In this document: piece after piece, positions 10,484-21,340 of the stretch | Layout of the letters: each line of letters begins with the position of its first letter | Position numbering within the stretch: the stretch's first letter is position 1 | The notes under the pieces: model-generated | Seen by the model: the letters and a program-made list of their open reading frames with translations, nothing else | Told to the model about the DNA's origin: nothing | Database searches by the model: none | Origin: Eukaryota sp. TZLM1-RC | Taxonomy: Eukaryota; Protista; Metamonada: BaSk clade | Length of the DNA stretch: 64,000 nt | Assembly (NCBI GenBank): GCA_040285825.1 | Contig: JAUPSS010000004.1 | Coordinates: 2,336,550 to 2,400,549 of the forward strand | Reading direction: 5' to 3' | Translations under genes and position numbers: made by a program

Positions 10484-12048
10484 TGTTGGCGCCTTTAGGC
10501 TTAAATAGAATAAGGGCAAAATAAATCAACTTTATGTCATGCACTTTATGTCAATCATCTTTATCTCAACCACTTTTGCAACCTAAGGCAACAATAATTA
10601 TTGGCCGTATTAGGTTATAGGTATACCGCTTACACAACTTACAGCAATCAAACAGAGGATATCTTCAACAGATATCATGTCAGCCTCTCCTCGCCAGGAC
10701 ACTGACTCTAGTCGAATTTTTTACATTGAACACATGCAACAGTACGACAGAGATGCTTTGAGCATACATACAACATCAGTAGGGACTGAAGAGTCAAATA
10801 AAGAAGAGGATTCGGGCTCGAGACCACCCTCCGCCCCTCCTCATGAGAAAGATATGGAACCAGGCACGGAACCACCTCCCGCCTTTTCATGTCCAACAAA
10901 TCAGATTAAGGTTTCAAGAACGGGACCACCCCCTCCTCACCTAAAGAAAATGTTGGGTTAAGCTCAGATACTTCGTCTGCTCTAAAGGACTACTAAGAAC
11001 TTCAGTCCGTCTTAGAAGAAATGGACGACGAAGAGAAAAAGCTTCGCCAACAGATAATGAAGGACACGGAAGCGCACCTTGAACCTACAGATTACTGTTT
11101 GTTTCAGCAGCTCCCTCCTTTATGGAAGCAAATCCAAAAGAGAGGTAGAAACGTTGGATTTCAAACACTGGAAATGAGGCTACGGGTATAGGACTCCTCC
11201 TCCATCAAACCGACAACAAAAAATCGGGTTACGAGGGTTCTAGTGTAGTATCCTCCTCCCCCACTCAATGTACGAGGTTACGATTACAAACTCCACCTCC
11301 AACAATAATGAATTACAAGGGCAGATATACGGAAGTTGCTCCCTCCCCCCTTCCTTTTTTAAAAAAAATTAAGGTTAAGTAATGGGATACAGGTACAGTC
11401 ATCGAGCTCACCTCTTCCAGCGAATGGGAACGACGATGTATTTTAACCCTCCCACTTTAACAATTTTTGTAGACAGGCAGTACTTTAAAAACAAATGATG
11501 CCTTTTTCAGATTTTTGAACTTCGTTACTTTGTTTACTGTTGTTTTCAGTCCATCATAGACCCTGCATATTTATTAGCGAATCCATTATTCGATTCCATA
11601 ATATCTTTACTAAACGACACTACCACGTTACTCGTCTACGAAAAAAGGAAAAAGCAGAACGTCATTATGTAACGACTAAAGCTAATACAACAAAGTATTC
11701 AAACACATGGATCTTGGAACCAGTTCTTTTACGTTATAGCTCACTCCTTTATTCTACATTATTGTTAAAGGGATATAATACATCAACTATCAAGAAGTAA
11801 GACCCGTGTTTTTGTGAATCCAGTGCGAAAATAATAGTAGACATCAGGAAACATTAGAAATTAGTTATTAGTATTTTGTATATTTATAGTTTAGTTATTA
11901 GTTTAAAGTTAATTAATTTTGAAAAAGGGAAGAAGTAGTGTTGGCGCCTTTAGGCTTAAATAGAATAAGGGCAAAATAAATCAACTTTATGTCATGCACT
12001 TTATGTCAATCATCTTTATCTCAACCACTTTTGCAACCTAAGGCAACA
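10484..12048 (+). mobile_element. Non-autonomous (TRIM-like) LTR retroelement
   Basis: Identical 110-bp LTRs 10484-10593 and 11939-12048 (TG...CA), 4-bp TSD CTGA, polypurine tract 11921-11938, no pol. An empty site is visible in the Fz-C copy at ~57280. Confidence 0.93.
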
Positions 12049-13119
12049 CTGATTCATATCGATTGACTTTTCGGCAATGAGAAGGGAAATTAGCAGAACC
12101 CACAGCAAGGTAGAGTTTTTCAGGATGTCCAGCCAGCCTTTGAAATTTGTTGAGACTCTCTCTGAACCGTCTCTCTTTTCGTCTGCGGTTATCAAATTTA
12201 ATTATTTTCCATTTTGGCGATTACTTTCCAAGTACACTTTCCTCCTGACCAAATTCCAATGGTTCAAATATTGGTTGAAATTTTGAACGGAATATTGGTT
12301 GGGAGAGTGTTTACTGGGTGAAGGTTTTGTCATGTATCTTCTGCCAGTTGGACAACCGATAACTCCACATTGATTATCATTTAAGAAGTAACCACATAAT
12401 CTAGATTGGCCCAGATCAACGCCAATAAGGTTCATTTCAGGTAAAAGTTCGACTGGATGTCTACGTCTTCGACGAGGCATTTTTTTAGTGCCATACTTAC
12501 TAAAATTATCCATCAATAATAACCTTTTTTGGGTTTCCAAAATCATCAGAACACATTGAATAAGTCAACATGCGGTCTGTGTTCTTCTCGATCAGAAATA
12601 TACTGTGTACATTCATTAATATTCTATTCCAGAAACTTATGTTGAACTACATTGCCTATATCTTTGAATAATGCTCAAACTCACGTTCCCAGAACACTGC
12701 TTGGAAAAATGCCATCTGTACTTGTTTGATATTCTCGAATTCAATTAACCATCATCAGTAGATTACAATTGTTGTTTCATCAAATGAGACTTATTATAGG
12801 TCAAGCGAGCCAGGAATTCAAAGGGGAATCTTGGATGAATACATTTCATCTTATTTCTTCCTTGTGTATTTTGTTAAATGTTGAAAGTTCAGTACAAAAT
12901 TTATGAGATTGACTCAACACAAGATTTCATCTATTATCCGGGACAGTTTGATTTCAGACTTGTCCAAACCAAAAAAATACTGCTATAGTAAAAAAATTAA
13001 AAGACATTCGTATTAGTTCTGCTGCTGTTTTAGTTATTCAAACTCTCTCCATTTGAGGACTTAATTTAAAAAGCAATGAATAAGGGTCGATAGACATAGC
13101 ATTTAAAATAGTTCAGCTT

Positions 13120-13360
13120 CCATTCAAGCCATTTCATTACTTGTCAGACCGATAGAAGCACTATTGTAACGAGTATTGTCAATAGATGGGTCTGAGAATT
13201 AATTTTGATGACAATGATTCTAAGAAATAACCTACTCGATAACACTTGCACATGGCATGAAATTGGTCTCTGACAATATTGTTGGAGAGGCAGGTTTTGA
13301 GGATGTGGAGCTTTAGTTGTGTATTTGATTTTTCTATGTCTATTTGATGTTTAATAAAAA
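13120..13360. mobile_element. Scrambled RLE-2 fragments (both orientations)
   Basis: NNIVRDQFHAMCKCYRVGYFLESL on minus, and the RLE-2 terminal GGTTTTGAGGATGTGGAG on plus. Confidence 0.7.
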
Positions 13361-13608
13361 TATAAAAGGATAAAAAGATGAATCGGTTGAGTGGAAGCAA
13401 AGACTTGGAGACAGTACTAGGTCGTAGAAGATAGCCTATCTCAGAATGTTCAACATCTTTTACTATTGCTTTCGCAAGTTCAAATCTGAAGCTTTTCAAA
13501 ACAAAACTGATTAAAAAATAAATATACTTAACTTTACAGAACAGCTATACACATGCACATAAATAAATTATGAAAACAAAAGAACTATAAAATACTAAAA
13601 AAAGACTA

Positions 13609-14307
13609 TTAACAAGTGGCTGCATTTGCTGCAGTCGTACCATTCTTCAACGTTACACTAAGATCAAGCTTTTGATGAGAACGCAACAACTTCATCAGGT
13701 TGAGTTTGAGTAAGTCCAGCTGACGTTGAAGATGAGGTAGGGATGGAAACTCATCAAATTTGATACACTTTGTTATAACGCCTGAATGAAGATGTTGTAG
13801 ATAAAGACAACTGTGTCTTTCAGATTCAGAATCGCCTATAGAGATTACCTCAAAAGTGGAACTGGGCTGATTGTCTTTGAACCATTTAAAGATATCTTCA
13901 AAACAGCGACGCTTCCACTCATAGGGGGTACCATTTTCACATTCATGTTCATACTGGGAACGTGCTGAGATAATTTTTATATTTGAAAGTAATGGCAGGA
14001 GTTTGGGAAAATACCGAGCACATGATAATTCGACCCAACCATCAGTGGAATTGGTAATGATATATACAATCGCTTTGGAAGACATTGTGCTTAGGAGATC
14101 AATGACGGATTCCTCGAGTTTCTCAAGAAACATCGTAACATCTTTGGGGAAAGCACAGAATTCTTGAGGTTTGAGACCACGCCTGCAGAGTTCAGAACTG
14201 GCAAGAAGGGTGTCATCCCAGTCGAGGAATACTACTCTCGAGAACGAGTGGGAGTCTGAGCACACACAGACCTCACGAACACAGCGACATGATGACTTAT
14301 CAGACAT
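13609..14307 (-). CDS. HAD-superfamily protein
   Basis: VVFLDWDDTLL, IITNS, ISIGDSESE motifs; first ATG at 14307. Confidence 0.8.
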   Translation of the reverse strand: MSDKSSCRCVREVCVCSDSHSFSRVVFLDWDDTLLASSELCRRGLKPQEFCAFPKDVTMFLEKLEESVIDLLSTMSSKAIVYIITNSTDGWVELSCARYFPKLLPLLSNIKIISARSQYEHECENGTPYEWKRRCFEDIFKWFKDNQPSSTFEVISIGDSESERHSCLYLQHLHSGVITKCIKFDEFPSLPHLQRQLDLLKLNLMKLLRSHQKLDLSVTLKNGTTAANAATC

Positions 14308-14419
14308 TTGCACGAAAAGGGTGAAATGAATCAATTTGACATAATCACAATTTGAGCTGTGATGTCATCAATTACACGTTTTTCATCAACACCACCACCA
14401 TTATCTTCAATCAAACTTC

Positions 14420-15340
14420 ATGGATTTGGCACACTGTAACACTTCCTCTACTGTTCAAGCAGGTGATGTAGTTCTACTTTTTGTTAATCGCTTGTGCATG
14501 GTTCCTGTTACAGTTACTCCCCATGCCAGTAGTCATGCTGGACGAGGACATTATTATCATAGTTCTATTATTGGCCAACCTTTTGGTTCCACTGTTAAAT
14601 CCACTACTTCAGAAACGTGTCGGGTTCTAAAAATTACTCCTGAGCTATGGACTGGTGCCCTTTCGCATCGCACTCAAATCATGTACCTACCTGATATATC
14701 TGTGATCATTGGAAGATTACATCTCCGCCCTGGATCTCGGGTAGTCGAAGCTGGTACTGGATCTGGCTCACTTACACATTCTCTTATCCGAAGTGTAGCT
14801 CCAAATGGTCACGTTTTTACTTTTGAATTTCATGAAGGGCGAGCACAATCGGCCAAGGAAGACTTTGAGCGTCATGGACTCTGTTCTCTTGTTACTTCAA
14901 ACCATCGTGATGTCATTGATGAAGGGTTTCTCCTTGATGAAGCTTTGCCTCCTCACACCGCTGATGCTCTCTTCCTAGACGTTCCTTCGCCTTGGAAGGC
15001 CATCCATCATGTCTTCGAAGTTCTTGTACCTAATGCGGTGTTTTGTTCCTTCTCTCCCAGTGCTGAACAGATTCAGAAGACCCTATCGAGTATATCCTCT
15101 CATGGAGGGTTCGTTCTCCCCCAAGTAATCGCCGTTCAGTGTTTCCCTTATGACTTGAAGCCACTGACTACCAAAAAAACTGATAGATTTACTAATGAAA
15201 CTAGCGACTTGTTGGACTCGTTTGCCAGCGTTTTACCTACTAATTCCACAGATGATTCTTCTTATGTGCATAAGAAAACGGGAATGGACAGGTTGCATAC
15301 AGGATATTTGTTATTCATTAGAAAAGGATTGGACGAATAG
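14420..15340 (+). CDS. TRM61: tRNA m1A58 methyltransferase catalytic subunit
   Basis: PELWT..LSHRTQIMY.PDIS, VVEAGTGSGSLTHSL, TFEFH, ALFLDVPSPW, CSFSP, HTGYL. Confidence 0.95.
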   Translation: MDLAHCNTSSTVQAGDVVLLFVNRLCMVPVTVTPHASSHAGRGHYYHSSIIGQPFGSTVKSTTSETCRVLKITPELWTGALSHRTQIMYLPDISVIIGRLHLRPGSRVVEAGTGSGSLTHSLIRSVAPNGHVFTFEFHEGRAQSAKEDFERHGLCSLVTSNHRDVIDEGFLLDEALPPHTADALFLDVPSPWKAIHHVFEVLVPNAVFCSFSPSAEQIQKTLSSISSHGGFVLPQVIAVQCFPYDLKPLTTKKTDRFTNETSDLLDSFASVLPTNSTDDSSYVHKKTGMDRLHTGYLLFIRKGLDE

Positions 15341-15341
15341 A

Positions 15342-16481
15342 TTATTTATTAATGAAAATTAATTCTTTTTGATTAGTGTGAGCTTTTAGCTCAATTACAT
15401 TTCTTGATTTGTATTTAGTTTTGTTAGTCATTTCTTTAACTTCTTTGAATAGCTTTTTTGTTAATTTTAAATTAGAATGGTCTGCTGAATTAATAATTGA
15501 ATTAAATATAAAATTATTAATATGATAATCAAATATTCCTAAGGTTTCATGAGTACAAATGAAGTATAAATTTCGGGAAAAACAATTATGAATTTGATCA
15601 ATAACAAATGAATCACAAAAAGAATTTCTATCAAAAAACACGGATTTACCATCAACATTGATACCAACTTCTCTATTAAACAAACCTTCTGGGAAAACAC
15701 CACACGCAAATCGTTGAAGAATGGCAGTTTCTGTCGAGCCAGTCAGAAACTGCAGGGAAAGTTGCCATTGGTCAAATACTTCGCCAAGATTGTGTATATG
15801 CTCAACATGATCAACAATTGCTAAAACATTTGCATGTAATTTTCGGTGTTTTTCGTCAACTTTGATTACAACATAATTTAGGCAAACTTTACCAATGGAA
15901 ACTGATTCTAATACTAAAAGTGGTTCAGTGTCATAATTGTCGGCAACAAAAGCACCAATAATGTCCAAAATTCTGTTTTTATCAAGAAAATGATTCTCTG
16001 TGGAAGTGAATGAAGCTTCTTGTAACGATATTTCATGTTTAGTTAGCCCAATTTTGTCCTTGAAAGAGTTTAAATTCTGTTCTGCTTGTTTCAAAGCAAG
16101 ATACTCTGGGGTAACCTTGATCAATAAATCTAATTGTAATTGAATTTTGTTTATGGTACAGGGATGGTAATTTGAAACAATTGCTTGTGTAAGCTGTGTT
16201 TCTAGATTATTGATTTCTGATGACAATGTGCAAGATGAGAAATGGCTTAGAGCTGTCCTCCAGTCTTCCTCCAGTTTGTCTATCTCTTCGTAATGGATTT
16301 TACGAAGTCGCTTGGATGTAATATGATGATGAAAGTGAGGATTATGTTCAGCCTTGTGTTTAATGAAGTGGTCAAGCCATTCTTGAAACGATGAAAGAGT
16401 CAATTCACAATGATCTTCTAATACAGAAAGAGGATTGATAAAAGAAACATTGTTGTCAGGGGATATAAGAGGAGAGGACAT
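15342..16481 (-). CDS. Hypothetical protein
   Basis: Uninterrupted 379-aa ORF, no recognised motif. Confidence 0.7.
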   Translation of the reverse strand: MSSPLISPDNNVSFINPLSVLEDHCELTLSSFQEWLDHFIKHKAEHNPHFHHHITSKRLRKIHYEEIDKLEEDWRTALSHFSSCTLSSEINNLETQLTQAIVSNYHPCTINKIQLQLDLLIKVTPEYLALKQAEQNLNSFKDKIGLTKHEISLQEASFTSTENHFLDKNRILDIIGAFVADNYDTEPLLVLESVSIGKVCLNYVVIKVDEKHRKLHANVLAIVDHVEHIHNLGEVFDQWQLSLQFLTGSTETAILQRFACGVFPEGLFNREVGINVDGKSVFFDRNSFCDSFVIDQIHNCFSRNLYFICTHETLGIFDYHINNFIFNSIINSADHSNLKLTKKLFKEVKEMTNKTKYKSRNVIELKAHTNQKELIFINK

Positions 16482-16503
16482 CGGCTAATAACACCATCAA
16501 TAA

Positions 16504-17640
16504 GTGTGAATTTCTAACAAAACGCACTTCTGGCTTTTGACCAATTCATGCAATCTTGATAGACGCTAAGCATACTTTAGATCTATCACTATATGATATC
16601 ACGATCAAATGATAGTTAAAGCAGCAACATCACAATACGCGTACTGGCATGTAATACATGGAAAAACACTTATCTATGGGGTCTCCGGAACGCCTCAGGT
16701 CTTTCATTGTGGTAGTGCTCACTTATGGCAATCTCCAGTTGGTTTCTGGAAGCCGAGATGTCCCTCGACCAGAGTGTCTGACATTGAGGGCATACAAACT
16801 TATCATTGTTCACCCTCCCATCATCGTGATACAACTTTTGATTGAACACCTTACAGCAATTCGTTTTGGCAGATGTGTAGAATTCATCTCCATTAGGCTT
16901 CACAAATGTAAAATGTTTCTGAATCTCCTTCAAAAAGCGCTTCCTTGGGGTTTTTACAGCTTGTCTTGATGGACCATCACCTCCACTGCCAAACCAAATT
17001 ATGGTTTCTCTTCCATTAACCATTAGTTTAATGTTTTCAATAAATCCCATTATTATTTTTTGCCTTCTTATAAAAAAATCAAACTTGTTGCGGCGCAGGG
17101 CTCGGCGATCTCCATTTATCAGCAGTTGGTCTATTATAGTTCTCGGACGGAAGTCGGGATTGCTGATTTCTTGCTGTGTCGGTACCCACATCAAAGGCAT
17201 TGCTATTTCATTAAGATATTTGTGTAAATTCTTAGCAAAATAGCAATTTGGTGATGCATGGGTCAGGACCGGTGGGTGAATGATCTTCCTTGCCTTTGGA
17301 TTCAGAACAAGGCCCGAAAGTTGATGATCAACATTGTTATTATCAATTCTTGATCCAATTGAATAACCACACAAATTTTTGTGATTAGGATCAATTGCAC
17401 AAAATGAATATTCAACTGGATCAACTGGCGGAGGCTCATAGGCATCGTCAGTTCTTCGTCGTTGCCTTGGACGGACCTGTTGTTGAAGTCTACAGTTTCG
17501 CTTCCGACTCTTTGCAGGTATATCGAGTTTTCCACTGGCTATGGTGGTTGCCAATTCTCTGGCTGTCCGGCGATTCTTTTTTGGGGGGGGGGGGGCAAAA
17601 GAAAAAGTGAAGCGGACTGAAAGAGCATCTCAACTGATTC
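16504..17640 (-). mobile_element. Fanzor family B copy 1, 5'-truncated (RuvC half + 3' non-coding end)
   Basis: ORF 16670-17554 is nearly identical to the C-terminal half of 59653-61566. The 3' non-coding region is shared up to GAAATTCACA. Confidence 0.92.
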
Positions 17641-18059
17641 TATATCTCCGATTCCAATAACTACTTGACTTGGATCACCAATTACTGATTTGAATTTCTG
17701 AATCATCTTCATAACCTACATTTCAAACACAGCCAACAATGTTGTTGACCTTGCTGTTGAATGTAATAGCCTCTTCTACATTATCAGTTACAGTGCAGTA
17801 TTCTTAGGTTGGTATTCTCAGGTTTTTTGTTTCTGTCGTGGTGGCGATGTTTCCAGAATCGAGGTCAAGTCATGGAAGGGCTGAAATTCCTGCACTTCAG
17901 GATGAGAATAGGCTGTTATCAAATCAGATATTAGTCTTGCTTCATGTAGCAGGTGGCATCCACTGGTGTCTGTTAGAGATGGCAATTACTCGAGTAATAC
18001 TTGAGTAATGCTCAGTGTTCTAACAAAGTCAGTATTAGTCAGACCATTTGATGTAAAAG

Positions 18060-20220
18060 TAATCTTGATAATCAAACTCAAAAGAAGTCGCCTATTATAT
18101 TTCTTAATTTTTAATTAATTCATTTATTTCTATTCCATTCTTCAATTTTGTGTAAAGGATAATTTTTAGGAGGTGGAAAAATTCAGTGTTTTCCACAAAA
18201 TGTTCAAGAAATGCCAAATCAATCACTCCTTAATTTGTTTTTTTTTGTTTGAAAAAGCTTTAGCACCAGCTATTTTATTTATTATTATTTTATTGTTATT
18301 TTATTTTAATTATTCGAAACTTTGGATTATAAAATAAGACTTGCCTTGGCCATAACTAAAAATCCCAGTTTTTGGTAATTTTTTCAAAGACATTCGTTAC
18401 AGTTCTGCTGCTGCTTCAGCGACCTTTTCTATACTCAATAATTTTAGATCCTGTTCAATTTCTAAAAATGAACAGTTTTCACAGGTCAACACTTTTTTTC
18501 GATTATGTAATAATTTTTATAAAAGAAATTTTTTCACTTTTTTATGTTCAGCATCTCCAGCAGGGTTATCTAAGTCTTTTTCACAAGATTTAATTCAATT
18601 GTTCCCACCTTTGATTTTTTAACAATTGTTTTGAATTACTTGTTAATTCAGAAGATCGACACCAGGGGAACCATTGAATTTTTTTCTATGGCGTGATCAT
18701 AATGATCTTCCCATTTGTTCTATTCGAAATTTTCAACACCTGAAGCTAATACTACCGACCGTTTATACACTGACAGTAGATCAGATGAGGTTGAATTGAG
18801 TTCATTGAGGTCAGGTTTAATTGATGGTCAGAAATTGAAAAACGAATGTTTCATCTCCAAATCATTGTCAGCTCTATGTTCTGTTCGCAAACTTGATGGA
18901 TTGAAAGAATTATTATTTCAATGAAACAGATGATAATAAACATTAGACTCATTTATCAGTTTCTGAGCAGAGGAAACACCACATCAATTCGTTACGAATT
19001 GGTCACCATCAAGAAAAATTGTTCTAGCACGTAGCACACAATGTATTTGCCCTCATCAACTGTTACTTGTCACTCTTTGCTATTCAGTCATTAACCAAAT
19101 GATGAGAATCAAAGCTTCATAACTTTGATTAAATGTTGGTAAAATACATAAAAAACGTTTGCTTATATGCATTAACGCTCATCTATTTGCTTGACAATCT
19201 TACACATGGGTTTATTTGTAACTGTGGTAAGGCTGGATCTCCAACTGATTTGTTCATGATGGTTGTTTTACTTTTTGTTCAAAGACGATCTACTGTTGTG
19301 AATGTGTACGAATTCCAATTGAATGCCTCTTAGAACCCTTAATCTGACTTTAATTCAGCCAAAAGTTCCGCTGATGATTGACATTTTGATGTGCCTTGTT
19401 CAAAGAATTTTCTATTGTTAGATTTGAAGGTTTTTTATACAATTGAGAAGAAAAAAATACCAGTCATTTGCAATACAAGAATTCAGAACTGTAATTTGGC
19501 AAGTGAACCCTGAAGCCTTTTGATGCAACACCTTTGGAATACTTTTTCGACACTTCATTATTCCACTTCAACTAAATATTGATCCTTTCAAATTTGAAAT
19601 AGAATAATGAATGTTGGGTTTAACTTTTTTAATATGATCAAGTAAATTAATTCTAATATAGTGTTTCAAAATTGATTACTTAATTTATTATAGTATCAAC
19701 TAATGATGTCAATGTTAAATTCCCATAAATGAATCCATAATGTCTGTTTTGTTTATTTTTGTTCAAAGAACTAATTCGTGTTTTTGAATTTAAGACACGA
19801 ATCTCCACGTAAATGCAACCTTGTTGTGCATTGCAAAAATGAAACTTGATCTGAGAAGAACATCTGACTTCAAAATAGTAACCCCCAGTTGCATCTTTAA
19901 GTTTTATTACATGCAATAGGGTGTAAAATGTCCCAAATTTATAAACATTTTGATATTAGTCCACAATATGGTTGTTTAGGTTGGACTAAAGCTTCAATTC
20001 TTACTTCAGGTGCTGTCATTGGTCGATGCAGAAATGTGTCATTTAAGTATTCTGAAAGATTTTCATATTGACAAGATTTATGGGCGACAACCCAAAGCTC
20101 GATTAATTTTGCAGTGTATGAAGAAATTTCAAAAAGTGATGTAGAGAAAAGGATGCTTTCCCTAATCACTTTATGGTTACTTGAAACAGATTTAAAAATG
20201 GGAAATCTCCAAAAACCACA
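18060..20220 (+). mobile_element. Highly decayed RLE non-LTR fragments (~18060-18430, ~19110-19620, ~19915-20220)
   Basis: Pieces match RLE-2 (TTAGGAGGTGGAAAAA, AAAAATCCC...GACATTCG) and RLE-1 (AGTCCACAATATGG..TTAGGTTGGACTAAAGCTTC); FICNCG knuckle remnant. Confidence 0.6.
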
Positions 20221-20410
20221 CATTTCTCAGTTTCTGTTTCAAAACGCACACCAACAAATATCATACTTCCCTTACATCAAAATCGACCTCAAACGTCTTA
20301 AAAGTAATACAGTCCTACAGTTGATACATCCTGATTGCAAGCTTGATTTTTGTTGAATTTTATCCCTTAAAATATATACTAGTACACTTCTGTCCAAAAA
20401 CTTCAAACTG

Positions 20411-21340
20411 ATGTCTGTTGATCGTTTTCTTAACTCATACGTTCTAGAAAATGAGTACCTACAAGTTCGTATTTCTGTTATTGGTGCATCCATACTATCT
20501 TTCAAGTACAAAACTGAAAAAATGATCGATATCATGCCCTCAGCTACACCAGATTTCAAGGCCTCTTCATTCCTGATGGTCCCATATTCAAACAGAATTC
20601 GTGATGGGAAACTGACGATGGGTAATCAACATTATCAACTAGACACTTCTGCAGATCCCCATGTACGCCATGGAGATGTCCGCAACAGACCATGGTTTGT
20701 ATGTAAAATAGGTCCCCGTTCGAAATCAACTTTCTTATGCTTGAAGTTCGATTCCAGCGACCTAACTCGTTATGATGGCTGGAATTGGCCCACTCGAATT
20801 GCATGTACCTGCTTTTACCAACTGGAAGGAAATTCGCTGATCCAAACAATTTCTGTAATAAATATGGATAACCAATTGGAAAGCATATTGGTTGGAGGAG
20901 GCTTGCATCCATACTTCAATAAATTGACCCCTAGTCCGGTGCTTCAAATGGCTTGTGATCACGTCTACCCCTCAGCAGAAGAACCGTATTTCCCAAGTGG
21001 CCCTCCTCAAAACGTGCATGATGCACTTGACTTCCGACAACCTAAACCTTTAGAACGTGCCTATGATCATTGTTATGGACAATGTGACACTGTTTCAACT
21101 ATCAATTACCCAAAATTTGTCGACGGTAAGGATCTGGTGGTTTCAATTGAAGGAACACCCAATCTCAAGCATCGCATTCTTTTCAATCCTATGGAAAAGC
21201 CATACTTCGCAGTAGAACCTGCTCTGAACTGCAATGATGCTTTTAATGTGATGAGACAGCATGGTTGCGATTCCGGACTTGTGGAGCTGAGGCATGGGGA
21301 AAAGGTTGAGTTTCAGATGAAAATCAGTGTGTCTTTGTAG
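20411..21340 (+). CDS. Aldose 1-epimerase (galactose mutarotase-like)
   Basis: MVPYSNRIRDG, RHGDVRNRPW, GGGLHPYF, YDHCY, YFAVEP. Confidence 0.9.
   Translation: MSVDRFLNSYVLENEYLQVRISVIGASILSFKYKTEKMIDIMPSATPDFKASSFLMVPYSNRIRDGKLTMGNQHYQLDTSADPHVRHGDVRNRPWFVCKIGPRSKSTFLCLKFDSSDLTRYDGWNWPTRIACTCFYQLEGNSLIQTISVINMDNQLESILVGGGLHPYFNKLTPSPVLQMACDHVYPSAEEPYFPSGPPQNVHDALDFRQPKPLERAYDHCYGQCDTVSTINYPKFVDGKDLVVSIEGTPNLKHRILFNPMEKPYFAVEPALNCNDAFNVMRQHGCDSGLVELRHGEKVEFQMKISVSL

Larger units (their letters stand above)
9890..12492 (-). mobile_element. Fanzor family C copy 1, 5'-truncated, 10-bp TSD, interrupted by an LTR element
   Basis: RuvC-I LIGVDLGQSRL (12202-12546); GEFNTRKLSSCC and CTECQIVYDRDISAA (10232-10483). 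Direct repeat ATACTTACTA at 9880-9889 and 12493-12502. Confidence 0.88.

Noticed and set aside
17579-17600. Poly-G tract as a G-quadruplex or regulatory element
   Set aside because: It corresponds to a short C5 run in the intact Fz-B copy; likely slippage or a base-calling artefact.
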